Positions 1 to 11,346 of a DNA stretch of 56,476 bases are shown piece by piece. Below the pieces are notes generated by a model that did no database searches, had not been told where the DNA came from, and saw nothing but the letters and a program-made list of their open reading frames with translations. Source of the DNA: Octopus sinensis (taxonomy: Eukaryota); assembly GCF_006345805.1 (NCBI RefSeq), contig NW_021833693.1, forward strand, positions 1 through 56,476, written 5' to 3'. Positions within the stretch are counted from its first letter, which is position 1; each line of letters starts with the position of its first letter. A program made the translations under genes and the position numbers.

Positions 1-352
1 TGTATATGTATAGACTAGTCTTCTAAGATTGTAGACATGAATCTGTAGGTACGCGTACGTATGTGTATATACGTGTATGTATGTAGATGTATGTATGAAT
101 ATAACGCGTGCGTGCGTGTATGTGTATGAGTGTACGAATGAGTGAGTGTGCGTGCTAACGAGTGTGCGTGCGTGAGTGAGTGCTTGTGCTCAAGTAGAAA
201 GATAAAAGGGACTGGTTGTCGTAGCCAAGATGTTGTGACCAGCGGTCAAAGATAACAAAAGTAATAAATGAAGATATAAAATTAAAATTAGGGAATGGGT
301 TTGTATTTGTATGTGTATATATGTGTGTATGTGTAGGTATGTATAGGTACAC

Positions 353-398
<46 letters not shown>

Positions 399-651
399 TA
401 TATATATATGTGTGTGTATATATACATATATGTGTATAAGTACATATGAGTATATAGGGACTTGTGTGTTGTGTGTGCATGTGTGTATGTGGATATATAT
501 GTGTGTGTATGTGTGTATGTGTATGTGTGTGTATGTATATATTTTTTTGTGTATATGTGTATGTGTGGTCGTGTGTGTGTGTGCATACATACATGTGTGT
601 GTATATGTATGTGCATGCATGTATATGTGTATGTATATATAGATATATATT

Positions 652-700
<49 letters not shown>

Positions 701-738
701 GTCTGTAGATATATGTATGTATACGTATGTGTGTGTGT

Positions 739-769
<31 letters not shown>

Positions 770-840
770 GGGTGTGTGTGTATGTATGTGAGTATGTGTA
801 TGTGTGTGTGTGTGGGTATATATGTATACATATGTGTATA
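1..840. repeat. Compound TA/TG/TATG microsatellite
   Basis: Directly visible. Confidence 0.95.
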
Positions 841-844
841 GGTA

Positions 845-1203
845 TAAGTGAGATTTTCCTTATTTACCTAAAACTCTATTCCTCTATATATTTTTTTATT
901 CTCCCTTTTTTTATTCTTTTATTTATTCTTCTATCTAATTTACCACTGACTCCTTGACCACTCCCTCAAGTATGATTTTTTTGCGCTATGTCTACCCCCA
1001 AAAAGTCCCCCACCACCACCCCTTTAAACCTGCCTAAATGTATAAATGCCAATACAATTCTTGTTAACTAGCTTCCTGAAGATTTCTCTTGAATGAAACA
1101 GTTCTAGTCCTGTAGAAGCTCCTTCTATATAATAAATTAATTTTACTCTGCTATGTATTGAGTACCTTATTTACTGTGGTTTACCCCGAATCAACCCGAG
1201 ACC

Positions 1204-1205
<2 letters not shown>
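845..1205 (+). mobile_element. Probable Penelope-type pLTR fragment carrying the 1070 HHR
   Basis: Pyrimidine-rich segment, then HHR, then a tail ending at a (TA)n tract; boundaries are approximate. Confidence 0.45.
1070..1120 (+). ncRNA. Type I hammerhead ribozyme
   Basis: Stem I AGCTTC/GAAGCT; CTGAAGA; stem II T-TTC-TCTT-GAA-T; GAA; stem III ACAG-TTCTAGTC-CTGT; GUA site, cleavage after 1114. Confidence 0.8.
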
Positions 1206-1264
<59 letters not shown>

Positions 1265-1270
<6 letters not shown>

Positions 1271-1478
1271 CTCTGTGTCTGTGTTTGTCCCTCCCTTTAC
1301 CACTTCATAACCGGTGTTGGTGCGTTTACGTCCCCGTAACTGAGCGATTCTGCAAAATACACTGATATAATCAGTCCCAGGTTTAAAAACGATAAACAAT
1401 GAGGTCGATTCTTGTGACTAAAATTCTTCAGGGCGGTACCCCAGCATGGCCGCATTCCAATGACTGAAACAAGTAAAT
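1265..1478 (+). mobile_element. SINE family A, 3' half
   Basis: GTTTACGTCCCCGTAAC..CCAGCATGGCCGC..TGACTGAAACAAGTAAA. Confidence 0.75.
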
Positions 1479-1983
1479 GATGTATAAACCTCCGCCTTGT
1501 TTAACACAACCACCAGGCACCTTGGACCCTTCAGCAGAGTCTCTTCAGGACAGTGACCTTCAGACTAGAAAATGAAAATAGAAAAATGATTATAAGGATG
1601 TTGCGATTCTTGAAAATGGGAAGTGTATTTTCCTCAAAGCAGCGTGCCTGTAGAATGGAAAGCATGGAAAAGGAAGAAGCACTTGAAATAATTCTCCTGG
1701 AGATCAGGAAGACTCAGGATAGGCGGAGCTCCTTCGTTGCTCCCATGAGGTGTTTCCTTTCTGTTGGGGTTGCTCATTTCGTTAGACTTTGTTTTTATCT
1801 TTATAGTTTTTGTTTTCATTTGATTTTATGTGAACCCCCCACTCTCTTACTCCATTACCCCCAATGCTTTCGGCCTTGGTCACCAATAAAAAATCTCTTA
1901 GTGTTGTTCTAAAGGATCGAAGCAGTGACGAGGAGGATCATAGTGATAGAAATGAAAACAAAGTCATTTATTTGCTATAGGAC

Positions 1984-2031
<48 letters not shown>

Positions 2032-2177
2032 CTTACGTACATGTATTTATATATGTATATAAATACATTCATATTCATACACGCATATATGTACATATCT
2101 ACTCATCTCTCTCTCTCGCTCTCTCGCTCTCTCTCTCTTTCTATGTATACATGTATTTATACACATACATACGTAAT

Positions 2178-2209
<32 letters not shown>

Positions 2210-2238
2210 TAAATAAATAGATAGATAGATAGACAGAC

Positions 2239-2273
<35 letters not shown>

Positions 2274-2278
2274 CAGAC

Positions 2279-2361
<83 letters not shown>

Positions 2362-2415
2362 CAGATAGATAGACAGATAGATAGATAGATAGATGGATAG
2401 ATGGATAGATAGATG

Positions 2416-2458
<43 letters not shown>

Positions 2459-2459
2459 G

Positions 2460-2538
<79 letters not shown>
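2178..2538 (+). repeat. (GATA)n with GACA/GATG variants
   Basis: Directly visible. Confidence 0.97.
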
Positions 2539-3084
2539 GGAGACAGACATAACCACGCGTACATCAACGTACGAATATAGTAAAACAAATAGCCAGAGAA
2601 CAGCGAAACACACACCCTGGTTACCTTCAATCTGTACAACACGTAAAATTTCATTATTTTCATTTCCGCACCATTTAAGTTATTTCTCTTTATTTTCACA
2701 ACCAAAGACCCCCCATGGCGCTCAACACTTCTCTATTTACTTTCATTATTCCTTGCTTTTCTCCTGCTTTCCTTTTGTATCTCTGTTAGTTCTTGCTCTT
2801 TTCTCTCTTTCGCTCTCTCTGTCTCTTTCTTTTCGGTGTTGTAATTATTTTTACATGTTACTCCTCCATTTCATGACATCTTATTCCAGATTGCTACTTA
2901 CTAGCCACCAACACGTCGATCAGGTGATGCGATGACGACGACTGTGTCATAAACATCATAATCACCACCACCATCGTCATAGTCATCATCATCATCATCA
3001 TCATCATGAACAATAGCCAGAAGACGAATATATAGCAGCTGTATCAGTGGTGATGAATATACCTTTACATAAATGTCTTTAACT

Positions 3085-3451
3085 TTTACCTTTTAGCTTG
3101 TTTAAGTCAAGGATTGCAGCCATACTGGAATGGTGCATTGTGGGTTTTTAGAATAAAGTTTAAGGTTGGGTATTTATTCTATCGGATGCTCTGATCGAAC
3201 CGCAAAATTTACGGGGACGAAAACAAGTTATCCCCAGTTGACATGGGTTGGTTAGAAACAAACACAGGCAAACATGGAAGAATACATACACATATACGAC
3301 GGGATTGCACACAGTTTCCGTCTACCAAGCTCACTCGCAAATCACTGGTGGGCTCGAGGAAGATGCTTGCTGAAGATATCGCATGATGGGACTGAACCCC
3401 AAGCCAAGGTGTTTGAAAAGCGAGCTTCTCTCTTTCAGCTAAACATGCGCC
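3085..3451 (-). mobile_element. SINE family A, diverged full-length copy
   Basis: CAGTTTCCGTCTACC..GGGACTGAACC..GCGCCT aligns to 55946-56359. Confidence 0.75.
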
Positions 3452-3580
3452 TATATATATATATATATATATATAATACAAAATGGGACAAGAACGCAAA
3501 GCATCCAGACAGTTAGGTGATACAAAAAAGGGACAACAAAACATCCAGATAGACGATATAGCGGCGTACGTACACTTTGG

Positions 3581-3641
<61 letters not shown>

Positions 3642-3646
3642 CATAT

Positions 3647-3686
<40 letters not shown>

Positions 3687-4194
3687 ATATGTGTCGAGCG
3701 ACGAGAATGAGTGCTCAACACTGCGTTGGTGGATAGAATTTCTGTAATTGTGAATTAATAGTACCATTGGTTTCTTTTTAAGAAAAGTATCTTAACAATT
3801 TTTCAAGTATTACACGAAGGAATAATGTTCGTCTCTATTTTTAATGAAAACACAAAGCCTCGAGAATTCAAAGAATGTCTCGTAAAGAAAACAATAAATC
3901 AAGGGGTGCTATTCTTGGATGACATCTTTTGAGTGATTATCTCCATTTGATTTGACTTTTGGGAAAACGGTCATGTTGGACGGTAAACTTGTTTGCATTA
4001 TCTCATATTATATTCTGGCTATATGTGATGTTTGTATGTTTGTGTGCTGATTTAGGTCTTCACAGGGACATATTTCTTCTCTGTGTGGGGTTAATGTGTT
4101 GCATATATTCAATTTACACATTCAGGGAAAGAAGCTATCCTGGTGGAGTTAGCGGCGTGGGTGGTGGTTCAGGTTTGAAGTGTCTAAGTATGAA

Positions 4195-4640
4195 ATAGTG
4201 CTTGTGTATGCAGGAGGAAAGGTTTCCCTAATATTTAGGATGTTCTCTGTTGACGGTTGACAGATATCTGATTTTTCAGTGATACAGAATTCACGTTTCA
4301 TACCCCGTCCTCTGTATTTTCGGGTTTTAGCAACGATGTTCCATTTTATCTGGAGTTTACTTGATCCTCCTTCTTTCAATGTCCATACCATATTGGATAG
4401 CGATGATGCATGTCTTATTTTTGTTCCTGAATGACGTCAGAATTTGTGTGTGCCTTTCCTTGAACGAGTTGCCCATCATTTCGATAAACGTCTTTGTTAC
4501 TCCATGGGGACCATGAATTTGGCCTTGTATATAAGTTCTTTTTCCAGACAGTTGTTATTTACAGGATTGCGATTTTGCGAGCTACATTCTTTATCGGGAG
4601 TATTTGTGGTGTTTGTTTTATAGTGGCTGAGTATTATTGA
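4195..4640 (-). pseudogene. Decayed Penelope-like GIY-YIG endonuclease C-terminal region
   Basis: Frameshifted translation: NCLEKELIYKAK / KTFIEMMGNSFKERH..TSFRNK / VWTLKE..IKWNIVAKTRKY...FCITEK..I...ENILNIR. This matches the PLE pattern CL..N.VY.A, YIG.T..TFK.R, YIW.LK, W.I, C.LC..EK..I, LLN.R. Confidence 0.7.
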
Positions 4641-4929
4641 CCCTATATTGGGGAGGCAACTATAACTAACTTAGTGTTGGTACTTGTGATATATATATAT
4701 ATAATGTATGTATGTACATATTCGTGTATATGTATGCCTATATATATGTGGATATGTTTGTATACAATATCGATCTATCTGTCTGTCTGGCTGTTTGTCT
4801 GTCTGTCTTTCTTCCTACTTAACTACCTGTCTGTCTGTATGTATGTATGTGTGTGTATATATATATTTGTATACTTGTTATATTCGTTATATATTCATGC
4901 ATCATAATTCAAGCCTATATTTAGGGTAA

Positions 4930-5230
4930 TTCCTGAGAAAAATGTACCAGCTCTTCTGGGAATATTATCTGTAAATGTGTGTTTATATAAGTTCTTTGAG
5001 GAAGTGTATTGCAATATCTTTTGATTCACTTACCATGTACTTTGAATTTTCGCTGACATTGATTGGTATTTCAGCTTTAAAATTAAGCCGCTGCTTATGT
5101 CATTTGTTACATTTTCTACAGGAGTTTCTTGGTTAACCTAGACTCAGCTTTCATCAAGTAGGATTATAAGTAATGGCGATCTAGCTGGGGTCACTGAATA
5201 TATATTTTTAGTATATTTATTAATGAGATG
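4930..5230 (-). pseudogene. Possible upstream part of the same Penelope-like relic (RT-EN linker)
   Basis: Fragment VSESKDIAIHFLKELI resembles the NVKTNIG..FLKLI linker; same strand, separated from the relic by a microsatellite. Confidence 0.35.
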
Positions 5231-5638
5231 ATCTAACGTGTCCTTTTTATGAAGAAATGTAGGGTGTAATGTGCGGGATATTAGCCTACTATTTTTAGCA
5301 GGTTGAATGACTACACAGAGTTTTGAGTTCGGTTCCTATGCGTAACTCTTTGGACGTGTCTTATAAACTTCGAACCGATCTATGTTTTGTGAGAGAAATT
5401 TGATGGACGGCAACTGCAGCAAGGTCTACACTGTGTTGGTGAGTGAATGTGTGCGTGTAGGTGTGTATACGCGCCTGTATATAAGTATAAATATATGTAT
5501 ATATACATATTAATGCATGTATGAATGTGTGTGTGTATATATATATGCGTGTGTGCATATATATATTATATATTATATATATTATATAAATATTATATAT
5601 ATTAGTATATATATGTATGTATATCTATATGTATTTTA

Positions 5639-5717
<79 letters not shown>

Positions 5718-5832
5718 TATATATATTATATATATATATGTATGTATGTATATGTATATGTGTATGTATGTATGTATGTATGTATGTATGTATGTATGTA
5801 TGTATGTATGTATGTATGTATGTATGTATGTG

Positions 5833-6062
5833 CGTGACATGTGGAAGAGAGTGTAATTCGGCAGGAGGACTTAAACGACATGCAAAGGTACATGAAGCCC
5901 AGTTACAACTACAGCCGGCTATTACCAGTAAAGGTTTTAGTTGCCAATTTTGTACAAGACATTGTAGATCTTTAGCTGGGCTAAAAATTCACATTCGATC
6001 ACAGCACCAGTAACAGTTAAGCGTCGTGCAATAGCCATACTCGATAACGAGGGGGCAGCCAT
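5833..6062 (+). mobile_element. 5'-truncated RTE-clade LINE 3' end with two C2H2 fingers
   Basis: [21 protein letters not shown] and CQFCTRHCRSLAGLKIHIRSQH, then a stop and a short 3' UTR; no TGEKP linkers; 5' end fused to (TATG)n. Confidence 0.65.
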
Positions 6063-6719
6063 AATGTATGTGCGTATATAACCATAGTTATGCTTATGTA
6101 ATATCAGGAGTTCGGCAAATAGAGAAGAAATAAATTAAATATCAGTGTTAAAAAGATAAAACGTTGAAGAGTCGATCCAAGTGTCAGAGTTCCGAAGGAC
6201 CATGGGCTAATGACTGTTGAAATCAGGAATATCGCTTTGACTCTCACTCTGTTATCCTTTTAGAGAATTAAGGTCGGTAAATGAGTTTATAGTATTTTTA
6301 AAACAATGCAAATCTATTGCCGTGGTTTGCATCCTTGGAATAATTGCAATTAGCTGTAATACTTTTTCATTATAAACTATCGATCCCGATCGGTACAAAT
6401 CATTCATTAGACAATTTACGATAAGTCTCGCGAATTAAATACTGCTTAAATATTTGATATGCGTTATTTTTGCTGCAAAATTATGTGTAATGGTGAAGCT
6501 AATCTTAATATTTCTATTAAAATTATTTATATTTATAAGTCTTCAGAGAGACATAATCTAAGAATGGAATAAAATATTTGGCAATTGACACGGTAGATTT
6601 ATACGTATTTATGCGCATAACAATTGATATTCATATAAAATTAACCTAAAAAATATATAAAATTATGATTACCTTCAAATAAGCTGCGTTTTAATGCTTC
6701 ATTGTAATAAAAATCTGTG

Positions 6720-6985
6720 AAGGCGCGTGGCTTGGTGGTTAGGGTACTCGGCTCGCGGGAGTTCGATTCCCGGCGGCTCATGTATCCTTGAGCACGACTT
6801 TTTATTTCGTCTTCTCAGCTAGTAAAAATGAGTTGTACCTGTAATTCTGTGTTACGCAGAATCTCCCTATGTTAAGGGTATGCCTATCTGTGGAGTACTC
6901 AGCCACTCAGTACTTAATTCCATGAGCTAGCTGTTCGGTTGGTTGGATCGACTGGAATCGTTGATGTCGTAACCGAGAGAAGAGG
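6720..6985 (+). mobile_element. tRNA-headed SINE, third family
   Basis: A-box-like TGGCTTGGTGGTTAGGG and B-box-like GAGTTCGATTCC, followed by a non-tRNA body. Confidence 0.55.
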
Positions 6986-7799
6986 AAAAAAAAGTTATTC
7001 TATTTAAGTTCGATTTATGAGATGTACTGTAGAGCATTGCACCAATATTTCCTATCGAATTATCGATTATAACAGAAGGGTGATCTGAAGTTTTGATTAA
7101 GTATTGTAACTTCGCATTTGGTTTCTTAAAAAGAGAATTTTGGTTTTCAGATTCAAGTTTATATCTCGAAAATTCTCTACATATAAGTTTGTTTCAGCTG
7201 TAAACTTTAGGTCTTAAGTAAATCGAAGACTCTTCTTTCGATTCTAATTGATGGGCTTTCATATTTTTTGAGTGCAACAGTTCACTATTTCGATGTCGAC
7301 CACATTGTATGCAGTCAAAAAGTGTACTAAGTCTAAAATATATTGGCCCATGAGCACACACAGTTTAGAAAAATCGAGTCTGCTCATCGCTGCCGGGATA
7401 GAATTAGCATTTCTTTATACGAAACCGTGTTTTAAGATATATTATTGTATTTAGCAAGAGTGATTCAGGCAGTAAAACACAACTGACATTTATAACACAT
7501 TGATTGATTTTTCAGTGTTTCAAAACACAACTGTAAATCGATTAATGATCTTTTCTCTGTGTGTCATCTTTTCTCTGTGTGTCATCTTCTGATAAGTATT
7601 GATGGCGAGGAATGTTAATAAGTGCATTCGTGCAAGATTATTATCGCTTGTTGTGTTATTGTCTGATGCATGGATGCAATTGTAAACAAGGAGGTGGTGT
7701 GTTTGGGGTTGGAATCATCCATGAGTGAGGGCAAAGTGTGTGTAGTTGTTTTCGTTGTATATATCGACAGTTTATTATGCATACATACATCTCTTATGT

Positions 7800-7801
7800 C
7801 C

Positions 7802-7887
<86 letters not shown>

Positions 7888-7888
7888 A

Positions 7889-7983
<95 letters not shown>

Positions 7984-8020
7984 ATGTGTGTCTGTCTGTC
8001 TGTCTGTCTGTCTGTCTGAC
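7800..8020 (+). repeat. (TATC)n grading into (TGTC)n
   Basis: Directly visible. Confidence 0.97.
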
Positions 8021-8468
8021 TCTCTTGTCTGCCTGTCTCTCTGTCTGCCAGTTTGTCTGTCTGTCCTCACACCAAGTGAGAGGGCAGACAAACAACGATA
8101 TCTGGGAGATTAGCTTTAATTTCCCTGTTGTGTAGAATTAACATATCCAGGATATGGCTTCCCTATGAATCTCCGTGGCAATTTCCGATGTATGTGTCCC
8201 CACGACGCTTGCCAGTTAGTATTTCACGTTGCTATTGAAACATTTAGTGTATAGAAGTGCCACCTCTCTCATACCTATAGAGATATTCTCTACGAAAATG
8301 AGGTTAAATATTTCTCTCTTTAATCTACATATGTGATTTTATTGGATGGTTTTGCTGTTCTTTGATGGGGTAGCTTTAATCCTTTGCTACAATTGATAAA
8401 GCTATCAATATTAGCTTCTTCAACTCTGAAAGAAAGTTTTTTTTATTATTTGTGTGTGTGTGTGTGTA

Positions 8469-8508
<40 letters not shown>

Positions 8509-8719
8509 CGAGTGTACGTATATATTTACATACATGGATTCACTTATTCACTCACACACATACATATATATATATATGTATATGTACATATGCAATATAT
8601 ATATATGTATATTATGTATATATGTAATGTACACACACATACATGCATACACACACACACACCACACACCACACACATATATATATATATATATTATATT
8701 ATATAATACACACACACAT

Positions 8720-8797
8720 TTGCCAAGGTGCCACGCAGTGGGACTGAACCCGGCACCATATTGTTGGTAAAGCTAGTTACCTCACCCCGCTCCTGCG

Positions 8798-8800
<3 letters not shown>
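8720..8800 (-). mobile_element. SINE family A head
   Basis: CCAAGGTGCCACGCAGTGGGACTGAACCCGG..CCTGCGCCT. Confidence 0.75.
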
Positions 8801-8843
<43 letters not shown>

Positions 8844-9103
8844 AAGGACAACTACTTAATAAGGAAAACTTAACAAGAAATTGTCAGGTAGATAGCGTAA
8901 AAACCTCATAAGAGAAAAAATTTCGAAAATATTATTTTCTTATTGAACATATTAATTTATATAGAGGGCATAAATATACATACATGCCAGGAGGCATTAT
9001 ATATACCTGCCAAACGCTAAGAGGGACAATCAGTCATTTCTACCAAAAATATTACTAATCCCACCGAATGCAATTTTTCAAAGTAAGACATTTAAAAATA
9101 TAT

Positions 9104-9151
9104 AGGCCTGTATCACAGTGATTTCATACTTACGTAATCATCAGCAGGCCT
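9104..9151 (-). ncRNA. Type I hammerhead ribozyme (same family as 15044-15091)
   Basis: Reverse complement matches the 15044-15091 motif. Confidence 0.85.
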
Positions 9152-9681
9152 GAATGTATTATAAATAAACAACGACCTTGCCTCGCTTAAGCCGAACAGC
9201 TAACTGATCAACATCAACGAAGCACATGGGTGAGTTTATATATATTACATCCGGGTGAATGGCAGACTTTTACAAAATTGCATTTCGGGAGAGGAAAAGT
9301 TTTCGGAATAAAAATTTTGCAATTAAGGACAACTACTTAATAAGGAAAACTTAACAAGAAATTGTCAGGTAGATAGCGTAAAAACCTCATAAGAGAAAAA
9401 ATTTCGAAAATAATTATTTCTTATTGAACATATTAATTATATATATGCCCTATATATAAATTAATATGTTCAATAAGAAATAATATTTTCGAAATTTTTT
9501 CTCTTATGAGGTTTTTACGCTATCTACCTGACAATTTCTGTTAAGTTTCCTTATTAAGTAGTTGTCCTTAATTGCAAAATTTATTCCGAAAAAAACTTTT
9601 CCTCTCCCGAAATGCAATTTTGTAAAAGTCTGCCATTCACCCGGATGTAATATATATAAACTCACCCATGTGCTTCGTTGA

Positions 9682-9699
9682 TGTTGATCAGTTAGCTGT
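9682..9699 (+). repeat. Left target-site duplication (18 bp)
   Basis: TGTTGATCAGTTAGCTGT, identical to 14982-14999; present once in the empty site at 9196-9213 (reverse complement). Confidence 0.95.
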
Positions 9700-9894
9700 C
9701 ATTTGCGGAGCAGTTTGTTGCGTTTTGCGTTGTGAGAAATTGCTGCTGCTATTTGAGAGAATTCGAAGTTATAATATCATTGTTTGTGTAAACTGTTCTG
9801 AACAGTACCCGTCGTAAAACGATAATTTTCGCCCTACGGGGCAGAAAATTTTGTTCTAACCATATTCTTGTTACCTTAAAGGTAACCTTCAGAG

Positions 9895-11262
9895 ATGGAG
9901 TTCGACCTAACGTCGAAGGAAGACTTTCCCGTGATGGGAAAAGTGTGAAAAAGAGGAAAACCAAGTACCCAGGCAATCATTCTCGGCCGCGGTGGGCGGC
10001 GCCATGTTGGAGATAGAATTCAAGATTGAACAACTGTACGAATATAGGAATTTGGTAAAACTAGAAGGAGGAGAAATAAGGCTTGTGCCGCCGCAAGCGA
10101 AGGTGCAAGAAATAAGGAAAAGATCGTAATCTATAAAGTGTACAACTTTAAAGAAAAAAAGATCATGGAAGTAAAAAACGAAACCGTTGAGAAATGCTTG
10201 GCCCCGGTGTGGGATAAAATTCGCCATATAGTGAGAGGTGCACGAAGTGCCACGATCGAAGCACACTTTGACACGGCAGAGGTGGCGAAGGAGGTGTCGT
10301 CGTTGACCCTTAAAAACGACGACATCATGCTGCTACCCTCGTATATGGGGAAGAGAACCGCAAAGGTAACGGTTGAAGACATACCCAGAGGATACGACAC
10401 CATGTGGGTAGCAGCGGCGGTCTTACATGATGTGGAACGCGAAATGAACATACTGCAAATGAGAAGGAAGGAAGCGGTACGTTGGAGGGGTCAGACTCTG
10501 GAGCTCCTCGTACAGGCAGAGAACAAGATCTTGGAGAGCCTGCCTGACAGGATTTTTAACGAGGATGGCACGTCCATGAGAGTGTCGGTGGAAGGACGAA
10601 GACCCAGATGCTTCAAGTGTGGAGAAAAGGGTCACGTCCGTTCCAATTGCATCAGGAAAAAAAGAACAGAAGATGCGGCCCCTCCAAGTGTACCCAATGC
10701 GGAGGGAGAGGAAGCTAAGAAGAACAACAAAACGACCAAGACAAATACGGAAGCAAAAATAGACCAAATAGAACCGATGGAATACACCCAAGTTACGCAC
10801 AAAAGAAAAAAAGAAAATACCCTGGACTCCCCTCCCCAAACAAGGAAAAAAACAACTAACACTGCAGACACACACATTAAACAAATCCCCCAACCCTACC
10901 CCCACGGCACTGTTTTCATTGGAAAACAGTTTGCCAAGCCCCTCCCCGTAAAACAAGATCCTAAAAAATGTTTATTGAAAAATGAAAAAATAATTGCGTT
11001 TGATGAAAAAAACGAAAAAGTTTACAAATGCTGCAAACTGTCGAGGTTCATGCTGTATAGCAGAACCTCAGATGGAAAAGCAATTGCGCGCTTCGCCAAG
11101 GTAGGCGAGAACGAATGGAAGGAGGAGGTTCTTCAGGAACACCTGAAGAACCGCCTAATAAGAGATGTCACCAAAGAGGTGTTAGAAGGAAAACTAACAA
11201 TAACCCCGGCAACCACACCAACCCAGAGCCCAGTGGCAACGCCGGTCAAAGCCCTGCAGTAG
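9895..11262 (+). CDS. Tx1 ORF1 (gag-like nucleic-acid-binding protein), frameshifted near its N-terminus
   Basis: Main ORF 10138-11262 contains CFKCGEKGHVRSNC (CX2CX4HX4C). Upstream fragments MEFDLTSKEDFPVMGK (ATG 9895) and EKEENQVPRQSFSAAVGG join by single frameshifts; the start position is inferred. Confidence 0.8.
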
Positions 11263-11346
11263 CGGAAGAAAGGGAAGCAGGCAAAATTAGACCGCCGTGC
11301 TCCCTTTCACAAACGTGAGTATAGTTATTTTCCTCCCTCGCCCACA

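Noticed and set aside
155-841. Long ORFs rich in YI/HT/CV/LSIY (here and at many other sites)
   Set aside because: They are translations of TA, CA, TATC and TATG microsatellites, which lack stops in some frames; not genes.
5738-6013. Host C2H2 zinc-finger gene
   Set aside because: The N-terminus is microsatellite, there are no TGEKP linkers or acceptor site, and the layout fits an RTE 3' end.
6720-6790. tRNA genes at SINE heads
   Set aside because: A and B boxes are present but there is no cloverleaf, and each continues into a SINE body.
7550-7585. 18-bp direct duplication
   Set aside because: Simple slippage duplication with nothing between the copies.
8833-9440. CRISPR-like or satellite interpretation of the tandem units
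   Set aside because: No repeat-spacer pattern and a eukaryotic context; the units are long HHR-bearing monomers.
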